A DNA stretch of 64,000 bases from Iphione sp. A-MEVVRFRX5 (taxonomy: Eukaryota): positions 31,434,001 to 31,498,000 of the forward strand of contig OZ320320.1 of assembly GCA_976226885.1 (NCBI GenBank). The letters are read 5' to 3'. The position numbers and the translations under genes were made by a program. A model generated the notes under the pieces. The model made no database searches and was not told the origin of the DNA. It saw only the letters and a program-made list of their open reading frames with translations. Positions 27,103 through 37,735 of this stretch are shown one piece after another (the stretch's first letter is position 1; each line of letters starts with the position of its first letter).

Positions 27103-30100
27103 TTAAACACCAGCACATGTAGAAATATGTCTCTACCACCAGAATTATTACATAAAAAATACAATGATGGCATTTCCTTTGGTGTCCAGTTTGGCTTCCA
27201 ATCTGGCTTCTGCATATTGGCCGATAGCTAAATCGTGCAAATCTCGTGGCTACCCGGCGTGGGTGGCAGGGCCTCGTTTGATGTGCTTGTCACTCTCTCC
27301 AGTAGAGACAATTGGCTCCTTCCCCCTCCCCCCCAACAAGTTTGTCATTAAAATAGAAGCCTCTGCTTGTATTGGTTTGTAGTAGTAGTTCTACAAACTG
27401 AGGCCGTGAAAGAGGGTCGAGATCTTCACCTCGGCTATCCTACAATTAGTCACCATACCAACAGATTGCCACTCCATTACTTAATAACAGTGAAAAGAAT
27501 AGAGTTGATTCAAGTAAAGTGTAGTCGTCCTCGAAACGTTATAGTTGAGATCAACCAACAGGATCCCATATCTCCTTTCTTCTCTTTAATAGCCTACCAT
27601 CGTCCAGTATGAAAACGTTACATTAATTATCTAGCGTGACTTTAAGAAAATATCGCCATGGAATTTTTCACTTGTTAGTGATGGTTAGATAACTTTATCT
27701 AGACGACGTATGTGGGCGCTCATTATCTTCTGTATCGTTTTTGTTCAATTCTACTCCGGTTTTAATGCTCTTCCATTCCCAACACCTGAACGAAATGGTG
27801 ATTAAAGTATCAGATCCCTCACATTAAATGTTCAGACTTTGGCTTAATGATCCATTGTAGCTGGAGATTGCAAGCAAGACATCGCAATCTTTTTTTCTCA
27901 CAGCGAAGTCTGCCACGCCTTCAATAAAGGTATTTAATAATGTATAACCACACACAACACGGCTGCCTCCTCTTATCTATGGGGCACATCCCGTGTTACC
28001 TCTGCCTGATAGACTATTGTTCGGATGCATTTCCATCAAAAAACAGACCCGGGCGGCTACTATGAATAAATCACCCTCCCATCAAGAAGGAACAACCCTT
28101 AGCTCACGAGATCAGTTGATGAGGCCGGGATTTTATAGATAGGCGCCGTCTTTTTAGGTCGACTCACCATGTGCTTTTTTAGAGCAGATCTATCAGACCC
28201 CATAGACAATTCCAAATATACCCTCCCCCCATAACTTCTTGCCCTGCCTTTTTATGAAACTGAAGGAAATGTCAGTTCACAAAACAGCCGACTGGCCTGG
28301 AAGGTGATACGCAAGTGTCATGTTGTTCGTGTTTTTCTTTTACTTTTTCCAACTCAAAGACACCCCAGGCCATCCGTCTCGATTTAACCGCCTTCGAATC
28401 TCACAGGTAGGTCTCCCAAGCCTGGCGTTACGTTACCGCCGTCAATGCTGATGGCGAAACGTAAGCAGAACAAAACAAGAAGGGATGATCGGTTTGGCAT
28501 CTAGAACTGTGAATTGTCAGATGTGAGGTTTTGTAGTGGTGGCTCTCTGGTCACAGCCACTTCAGCACAGCCATGCCAGGCGGATCAGAAGACAGTTAGA
28601 GAGAACAATCAAGGCCTTGTAGCTCTGAACGTAATTAGAAGGAGCGGGCCGTTTATAGAGCAACAAGCCGCCACCACGGGATGCTTCCTCTCAGAAATAA
28701 ATGCCTTCGCGTCCCACTGGCGGCGCTGGTGCTTTGCTGGCTCCTTTTTTTCTGTCCTTTCCCCCCGTTTTCTGTGGGGCGGGAGCCCGTTGGGGCCGAC
28801 ACTCCTCTAGGGAAGTGGCGATAATTAGACTGGCAGTGATATTAAAGTGCTTTTACCAGGTCATTGTGCGTATTTATACACAACAACTTGAGCGGGCGGG
28901 CCATTCCCGCCGTCGCCTGCAGCCATCACCATGGTCGCCACCAGCGCCCCCCTTCTCTCTCTCTGTGAGCCCCTCCTTGTCTGTGCATTCGTTCATTTTG
29001 TCTTGCCGTTAATCACAGTCTATAGCACTCATAGCATACGATCACGCCTAGAGTTGCTACTCAGCTTCCAGGTGGGCCCATCGCTGGGATGAATCATGGT
29101 AGGGTGGTAAGATGCTTACTAAGGGCAAACACCAAGGAAGCTACTTTAACAAACGTGAATAGGAGCCATCTATCTCTATGCACCGGTTTCAAGTCAAGGG
29201 AGGAAAAACTCAAAGATACAAAGTACACGGGAGGGGGAAGTATACAAGATGTAAACCAAGGCTCCGCCAGGAATATCTATTCTCACGATGGAGAATGTAC
29301 CTTGTGGAAAAGACAATACACGTGTAACCCAATCAGAGGTTGATAAAATGCCCCATGCGTAGCTCTCGGGCATTTCTAACGCCTATTTCTGATTGGTTTA
29401 CACACCTGACTGAATACCTGAAAAATCCTATATCGTCAAACTGAAAAGATGCAATCAAGCATGGATATTCATTGAAATGTATGACAATACCCACCTGAGT
29501 ATCCACAGTAAGAGACGGTCGTTTGAATTACTGCTTTCAGAAGTAACTGAATCCAATCACCCAACACGGCTGGATTGGGTCCCTATGGGAGGTTAATACA
29601 AATTGGTAAGAGGTCACCTGAAGGTGACGGTAAGTTGAGAGATGATGGTATTCAGACAGGAACGGAATCCTGACAACTCTGCAAATAGGTACAGTAATAT
29701 GTTACCTTAAATGCTATTTATAGAATCACCTGTGATTATAAAATGAAGACGGCTTCAAAGATGCGCTGATGCTCTTTTTGGTAAAGCTGACATCTATATT
29801 AACTCTTAAATAACTTCTCCCTGCATGTATGCTTACGGAACCTTGCAGCTTTTGTCATTCAATAATGCGACGGTTGAAAACATCCGAAAGGTTAAGTGGA
29901 TCTTGTGAAACTGAAATTGGACAATGCGTAAGAAGTCATTTTGAGAGCACTTTGGAGCAAAACAACATTTTTTTCTTGGACGGCATGAAGTGAAAGGGAG
30001 GAGGAAGGTAAAAAACAAGAAGCACAATCAAATGAAATGTAGTATTCATACGGGTACCCCTCCGCCCTTCATAAAGTGACTATCAAAAGTTAATCCCTTT

Positions 30101-30539
30101 GCGGTCAGGATGTCACATCAAGATCGTTTACCGTACCTTGCTCATCAGTAGGTCCTGATGTTATATCATAGACAACAATCGCCCTCGCCTTTTAAGCCGC
30201 CCTTTCCTTTGATGATATGGACGACCGGCATGCGTAATGTTTATTGCAGTATTTTACACACATTACAGTACTATAACATACACAGATACACAATTGATAC
30301 CCAACACATGGAACCACATATATACTTATCGATATGTGTAATAAACTTTTACATGCAACCACTTTCACAGAAAACACGCAACTTTAATGTGCATAGACAC
30401 ATATTAACATGCTAAAACATCCCCAAACAGATACACACGCAAAAACCACAACATGCTAAGCCACCCATTCTGACCTGCTTTGCCACACTGACATGCTTTG
30501 CATCGAAAACTCACTGCCACATCCAGCCACACATATTTA

Positions 30540-30873
30540 GGCCAAAAAAATAGGTGTGTTTCTGGTAATGACCACCCAAAAACCTAGGTAGGGAGGGGGT
30601 ATCTTTTTTGTTTTTTAATTTTCTTTCCACTTTATTCCTCTGATTTTCAATCATCATACAGAAAATATAACAAATTTTGACCAATTTACAGTTTTTTGCT
30701 GAATTTTAATAGATTTATTATTTTTTACTAGATTTACCTAAAACATGTGATGTGAAAACATGTATCTAAGAAAGTTCAGCCTTGGAAACTCTTTTGGGCC
30801 TAAACATTTTTAAGTAGGGTGAGGTTTTACTAGGTAAGGGTGGGTTACCAGAAACACACCTATTTTTTTGGCC
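30540..30873. mobile_element. PIF/Harbinger-type MITE, 334 bp
   Basis: Perfect 29-bp TIR GGCCAAAAAAATAGGTGTGTTTCTGGTAA (30540-30568) and its reverse complement (30845-30873). 3-bp flanks TTA / TCA (TWA-like, one mismatch). AT-rich non-coding interior. Confidence 0.85.
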
Positions 30874-31471
30874 TCAGGCAAATTCACTTAATGATGCCAG
30901 CCATAGAACACAAACCAAGCATTTAACTGTGGATATTAGTGGAAGGTAAGAATGATTAAAGAGACATACAAGAACAATTGACTTTCGCTATCCAATCAGA
31001 ATCAGGAGTTTGCCATAATATGTAGTCAGACCTTTCATTGGACATACAGAAGGCATAAATATTCCAGGGAATAGCAAAAGACAAAATGGTGGAAGGGTAT
31101 CGACTTGACTTTATAAGCTTGAAGTATGGAGCAAAAGGGGCCCTTTAGAGTGGAACTAACGAAGCAAATGAGTGAAATACAATAAAAACACATTCATTTG
31201 AGGTGTGGAGAGCCATTTTGATGTATATTTCAGTTTATTCAAAGTGTTTCAGTTGAGGACGTCATGCTCAGCCAAAACCGGAAGTAAAAAATGGGTCACT
31301 ACTCTGCAAGCTCATGACATATAAGAGTATGTCAAGCGTGTGCACTGCACTCATTCAAAATAGCGTCAGGCATAAACATGCCTTGTAGCAGCTGAAACAC
31401 TTCCCAAAAGACAAAATATGAAGAATTCAAACCCTGCAAACTGTTAGTTTAAATCACAAGCATATCAGAAC

Positions 31472-31604
31472 AGCGATTAAGTATGTCTTGTTTCTTAAAG
31501 TTGGGGGAATCCAGCACGACGGCCAAGTGCTGGGACGAAGTCCCAACACGAGGCCAGAGTGCTGGATTCCCCGCACCTTTACTTATAAGCCATACCTAAT
31601 CGCT
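31472..31604. repeat. 133-bp nested inverted repeat (hairpin-type element)
   Basis: Paired arms: 31472-31485/31591-31604 (13/14), 31504-31517/31559-31572 (14/14), GGCC/GGCC, and 31527-31536/31540-31549 (9/10), around a GAA loop. Confidence 0.9.
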
Positions 31605-34160
31605 TAGTCATAAATATTACCATATCTAATTAATGAAGAGCCGGAACTTTCTCCCTACTGACACACCTTCCGACTGAAGCATATTAAATCAGCCGCATAC
31701 CTTTCAACATTCGCTCAGTATTATTTGCGCCTGATCGATGTATGGCAAGATCGCCTGGGCAACGGCAACTGTGGCAAAGAAAATGCTCGAAATTCAGGCG
31801 CATACACTTAAGAAATGGCATAATACGAGAGGGGCAACCGCGACGCGCGATTGGTCTCCGATTAAACCAGAATCCAATGGTCAGAGGACGTGAATGATTT
31901 CAGAGAAGTGCCGTGTCACCCTCCACCTCTCCCGGAAGGCCATTACTTTTTTCCTGGCCCGAGTCAGATTGCGCTCCCAAATGAAGTTTCGCCAATTTCC
32001 GATTCGGCCGCTAAAACACGCATGCGTCGGTCAACTGGGGTGCACTGAGGGTGGCTGGGACGGTGGGTGGGCGGCCAAAAGGTGGGGATGGGGGGGGTGG
32101 CTTTGGGGCGGTTCACTAGGAGATCTGGCGTCTTGGAAGCCAAGGGGATTTGAATGGGCGGACTATGGGCTAATCAGCGTGGCCTGTAGAAGGTGAAATA
32201 AAGGCGTAATTGATTGCCCTGCCCCGGGTGTCTTTGAGCACTGTGGGAGAGAGGATGGAACTTACTGCCAAGCGGCCCAAGCAAGGTCTCCTCCTCACTA
32301 CCCCTCACCACAGACGACCGCCAACGCGAAAGTCGAATAGGGTCTCAGCCCTTGGCACGACAGTGACCCTGTAATCAAGGAAAAGAGACCATTAAATGTT
32401 GACCTTTTAGACAGGAACATAGACATGTCACATGCTTGTGCTATTTGATGGCAGCGATGATAACAATCACTGAAAACTCGATGCATCTCTGTCTTTTTCA
32501 CTCTTGGTCTGGCTTGTTCTTCCGTTACTGGCCCTGATTGTTTCTTTCTCTGACAGTTACATTCCTTGCTTTCATATAGCACCCATGTAAAATCTTGCCC
32601 TACTCCTAACATTCGCCCTTAGCTTTTCTTTTGTCAATTTTCTCACCCTGCCACACACACGCACACATACACACACACACAGCTTACCCGCTGAACCTTA
32701 TTTCCCATAAATGGACACTGACACATTTTCTAAAGTCAGCCCAATGCATATAGCATCGATCTTTAAGACAGAACTTGTCATTAATCATTGCAAGGAGTGC
32801 TCGTCACAAGCCAGTGTGTCCCACGATGGCAGATATCACACTGGACATTCAATAGAAAACTCGCCATTTTTCATTATCACTTCGAAATAGTCTGCCACTG
32901 GAGGCGGGTTGGCGCCGGGGAGAACTTATGGAAACTCATTTTACACAGTCGCGAAACGCTTTCTATTGGGCTTGATATGACAATTCCGACCGGGGGCTGT
33001 GTGGCTGAGTAGCCTGGAGCTGCATGCATGCTGGGGGGTTGGTAGATCTGTTGTGGTGACATTGGCTAACCCGTCCTTCATTCACTCAGTCCCCCCCTCC
33101 TTCACCTGGGTAACCCCAAGTCCTATCTCGTGACCAATTCTTTTCCGGATCCGCTGAAGCCTTCGTCGTCGGCGCCGCCACTGCAGCCCTTTCCGTGAGC
33201 AGAAGAAAGATGGCAGCGCCACTGTCGGCGCTGACCCCTGAAGCTTCTGATGGTCTACGAGGCGAGTTACTCGCCCATTGATAGGGGGAGAGGTGCGCCG
33301 CCCGAGTCCCTCCTGACAGCCACCACCACCTCCCTTTCCCCAGACCGTCGCCATCACCCAACCCGTCTCCCCTGCCTGCTCACCTAACACAGCGACCAGG
33401 AGCAGTACCCCTTTACACCCTGAGCCCTTGCCTCTAGGGCGCCCCCTGCAAGGAAGACAATCTACTCAGGCTGCTTGCTCCCCCTAGTGTCCTGCGCAGG
33501 TCACGTGGGGCAGGGGAAGAGAAGATTAAGCGACGGTGAATCTCCAGGCTGAAGAAATGGCCTATACGGCCTGGAGAGGCGCCTGGTTGGTGTTAAAATG
33601 GCACACACCGCTGACAGAAGGATCTAGGCATTGTCGACACGAGCCAAGCTGGTCTCTCTAACGCGCACACGCACATTTGCACTCGGGGCAAACTCCACAC
33701 GGTGATGAATGGACAGAGGCATTCCTGGCGTGATCCAAACTTTGATCACCTAGAGGAACTTCCGCAATTAACACACAAAAGCATTCTTGATATTAGCCAG
33801 TCCTGGTGCTACTCAACACACATGTATGCACACACACTTACGCTGGAGCACAAAGGAACAATTTAATGCATGGACATGGCTATCATTAACCTGGCCCCGG
33901 TAGGGTTCAGGCAAACACTGTACATATAAGCACATTATTTATTGATCGCTCACCGAATCGTCAATTGCACATTGCAAATTCCTGCTTTGAAATGTACAGG
34001 TGTTCAACATTCTATACTTTAGTATTGCTGTGTACGCTACTTTACTGACACAATTAAAACCCATGTACATTCCTTCCTTAGGGATGTATGTTCAATGCTC
34101 TGCAACACGAGTTAGTTGATGGAGATATTGTTGACTTGTGAGCTGGTCCCAGCCAACTTA

Positions 34161-34811
34161 GCCCCGGTTTCCATACCTGCGGTGCCGTCCGTGTGCGTTG
34201 CCGTCCGTTGCCGTCCGGTGAATTACATAATTATCGGTCAGTAGGATTTCAGTAGAGGGTGTTCCATACCTGCGGTGCCGTCCAGGTGCGTTGGGGTGCG
34301 TTGGGGTGCGGGGCCCGTTTTCGGTCCCTTCCCATAAATTTGCCGCACCCGCAGGGAATCGCAGCCCAACACACTGCTATTTAGTCCGTTTTAGTCAGTT
34401 TTAGTCCATTTTAGTCACTTTTGGATGTGAATACCACACATTTCCACACAACGTTATTTTTTCCCGAATTTTTCCGCACATTTTTGCCATTTTTCAGCCG
34501 AATTTGCATGAAATGAGCCGTTTTTTGGCCGATTTTGCATGTAATTTGCCGTTTTTCGGCCGAATTTGTGTGAAATAAGCGTTTTCGGGACAATTTGCAT
34601 GGAATTTGCCATTTTTCGGCGTTTTTTTGCCGTTTTTCGTATATTTTCCTGTGCATCTCCCGTCATTTCCCGCACTGTCCCGCACTGTCCCGTTGAGGAC
34701 ACCCCTGTGTGTGGCTGTGCGGGAAGGGTACCACGCACACAAACGCACTGGGAATGCATGCAGACCTCTCCACAGCTCGCCGCATACCACCGCACGTAAG
34801 GAAACCGGGCC
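34161..34811. mobile_element. PIF/Harbinger-type MITE, 651 bp, with internal tandem repeats
   Basis: 24-bp TIR, 21/24 match (GCCCCGGTTTCCATACCTGCGGTG at 34161-34184 versus 34788-34811). TTA target-site duplication on both sides (34158-34160, 34812-34814). Interior has 10-bp and about 31-bp repeats. Confidence 0.85.
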
Positions 34812-35742
34812 TTAAGCGAATACATTCTGGCTACGTAGTAATTTGCAGATAAATTGACAGAGGCGATGTCAACATGACTTGGGCCAGTCCCAAACTGACA
34901 CTCACATACAGGGTAATGAGTAACCCACAAATTGATGAACAGATGAAATTGTTGTTTAACATCTAGTAGGTTCACTGAAACAAAATATGTAGACATAACA
35001 CTGAGCAGACACCTCGACACGCGTAAACTGATGAAAGAACGGTGTCAGTGTTGGACCATCACAGGCATGATTCAACAAAAAAAAATACATAACGCATGTT
35101 AAACACACCAGGTGTGCTACAGACCGAGTAAATATACTCGGTACGTCCACATCTAGACGGTCTACTTGATTCCGGGTCCCTACTCGTGCGTGATCCAAAA
35201 TGACCACTTCCAAACAAACTAAGTGAACATACACTTGACAACGAAAACGAACAGGACCGGACGGACCTCCTCAATATCCTCATCAAAATACACTCACACA
35301 TATTACCACACACATACCTAATACCTCTCATAACGAACTCATATTCACACGCATAAACACACGGCACATCCATCGAGTTAGAGTCGTGGCTCTCCCATTA
35401 CCCCTTTCCTTGATTGTGGATAGGCCTGCGCCACCAACAAGGCGCCCAGAAACGAATGGGCGCCCGCGCCCTGGCGCTAATCTGTCACTTTGACCCGGTG
35501 TAGGTGGTGCTGACAGGCGCCTGTCGCTGCCCCGCCCGTGGGCATCCCCTACCAGGCCCGGCGCCCGCTCGTCAGATGGACCAACGACCACCGCCTCAGC
35601 GCCACTCTAACCCCGCTCGGTCACCAATTGCTGCGGTCGCCCTCCTGCCCCCGAATACCTCATCCTAACAGTCCTAGACTCTCCGGTCTTCATTAATGAG
35701 ACCCCTTTTCGTCCGCGCTGGGATCACCCTACCAATGTTCCC

Positions 35743-35748
<6 letters not shown>

Positions 35749-35770
<22 letters not shown>
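35749..35770. repeat. (TG)11 microsatellite
   Basis: Direct reading. Confidence 0.97.
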
Positions 35771-35775
<5 letters not shown>

Positions 35776-36309
35776 GAAAAGGTTTACCGTCGAGGTGGAT
35801 GCTGGGTGTGCCATTGTTTCGACTCAGGTGCTGGGCAGCAAGCCATCCATCAAGGCTGCAGAAACACAAGCCTGTTAGCACCCTCTGTGTGCGCGCAAGG
35901 CCAACTAGGAGGAGGAGGAGGAAGATGATGAGGAGCTGTGGCTTTCTGCTGCACTTAATCAATCTGCCTCTCTCACAACGAGCCAGCCAGGACATATTCA
36001 TACATAATTCACAGTCGTCGCCTTCCTGTGACAAGAATGCCACCCTGAGTGATGGACTTAATAAAGATTGCTCAGTGACGACCTTGTCTTCGCCCCCCTA
36101 TCCTCCTCTCACGTCAGGCTTCATCGTTGTACATTGAATAATCATCTCTCTACATATAATTTGATTGTTTTCGGTGACGTTCAACATAAGGCGCTTGATG
36201 AGGTTTCCTCTTTCTATAATGGACGATATTGAGGCTATACCAGACGGATTCAAGCAGATATTCTGCAGAAACCAGTTCAATCAGTCTCAATTTGAGCACC
36301 CGGATAAAC

Positions 36310-36435
36310 AGAATCTCTCTCTCTGTGTCTTTCTGTCGCTGTCCCTGTGTCTCTTTCTGTTTCTGTCTCTGTGTCTCTCCCCTCCTTCCCCCTCCCTAGC
36401 TTCTTCTCTCTCTCACACCCTTTCTATCTCTTTCT
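36310..36435. repeat. CT-rich low-complexity tract
   Basis: Degenerate (CT)/(CTGT)/(CTTT) run. Confidence 0.8.
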
Positions 36436-37659
36436 AATTTCAACTTAGAGGATATTCTGTTTGTATTGGTATCTGAAGTTTACCAGGTGCATCAACCTTA
36501 AACCTAACAAGAGGATAAAAAAAGAGCAGCCCTAGGGAGCCTTGAACCGCTGAACCCTGGACACGACACAGGGCACACTAGCTTTCATCGTTCAAGGTCG
36601 TTTTAAGGTTGAGTTAAGCGTATCCTCCCGGCATCTACCGAGTCAAAACCGAGTGGTGTCTCCTGGGGTTTTACTTAGAATTTAGGAACAGGATACAATA
36701 AATTGTAAACTGTGCTTGACTCGCAGCTGTTCTTCTCTCTTAGACGAGCATGATAACCCGATTAGACCCAATGCTATGGATACATTCTAAAGGTACTCAA
36801 ATAGACAAGAAACCTAATACAAACAATCACAAATATGGCTTCGGAAGAACTATACTTGCTTACTTCCTTGTAGTCTTATGTGTAGTGTACTTATTATCAC
36901 ACTAAACTGACATGCAGTGAATTATGTTAAGTTTCCGAAAGACAATAAGATGCTATATCAAACTTATAAAGGTGGACCAACGCCAATACAATCTTTCTTA
37001 GGTTTTCGGTTTCATCTCAGATATACCAACAAGAAGAGTTAGACAAATGCGGGAAATTGACAATACATGTGCAAAACTGAGGACGGTCCTCAGACTGTTG
37101 CATCCGGCCTAGATATTTCTTTCAGGATTCTGTATTACGTTCATTGTGTTTCATGAGCATTTACCTCGTCGAAGAGATGCGACTTGAACGTAGTGATTAA
37201 ACGAGATTTTTATGAAGTCGCAAATGCATCACCCAGCCAGCTCCTTCAGTAACGAGTCATTGAAATTCGATGTTCATGTTGTAACCCGCTAATCCTTCCG
37301 CCCAATAATCAATTCTTTGAAGATAAGACCACAATCCAGAGGAAAATGAGGAAAGAAGATGGGTAGAAGCGCAAGGAAACTTGGCTAAAGGAACACAATG
37401 CGAGAGAGAAAGAACCAAAGCATTTACTGATGGGCCTTTTTGGGTCTCATTCGCCTGCCGTCGCTCCCTCTGTCGAAAGTTCTAGAGGCTGGGAGCGTCG
37501 GTGATGAATTGGTTTTGATGACTGATTACCCCGGGGAGCTATGTCTGAAGAGTGCGTGTGTGTGGCCGGCCATGCGAAGACGACCGTCTCCTAATCCACA
37601 CAATACATCTCGCCTCCCCCCCCCCCCCCGCACGGTAGATAAGATAGACCGTATATACG

Positions 37660-37735
37660 GGTGGTGGTGGTGATGGTGGTGGTGGAGGAGGGCTAGGAAT
37701 GTGGTGGTGGTGGTGGTCGTCGTCGTCGTGGTGCA
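37660..37735. repeat. (GGT)n/(GTC)n trinucleotide tract
   Basis: gggtggtggtggtgatggtggtggtgg...gtggtggtggtggtggtcgtcgtcgtcgtggtg. It explains the poly-Val and poly-His/Pro ORFs in the track. Confidence 0.9.

Noticed and set aside
28931-29092. ATG in good context opening a hydrophobic 53-aa ORF (MVATSAPLLSLCEPLLVCAFVHFVLPLITVYSTHSIR...), considered as the signal-peptide exon
   Set aside because: The only plausible donor (CAG|GTGGGC, 29071/29072) is phase 0 rather than the phase 1 expected. The hydrophobicity comes from a CT-rich tract, and no following ATD exon was found.
29541-29605. Exon-shaped segment (ctttcag|...attg|gtaag) ending in LIQIG
   Set aside because: All three frames contain a stop and there is no in-frame ATG for the LIQIG frame. 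It could only be a non-coding exon, and there is no supporting evidence.
33541-33577. 9-bp inverted repeat TCTCCAGGC/GCCTGGAGA, and similar 7-8 bp hairpins at 21757-21774 and 40081-40112
   Set aside because: Short inverted repeats of this size are expected by chance in 64 kb, and none has a TSD or further structure.
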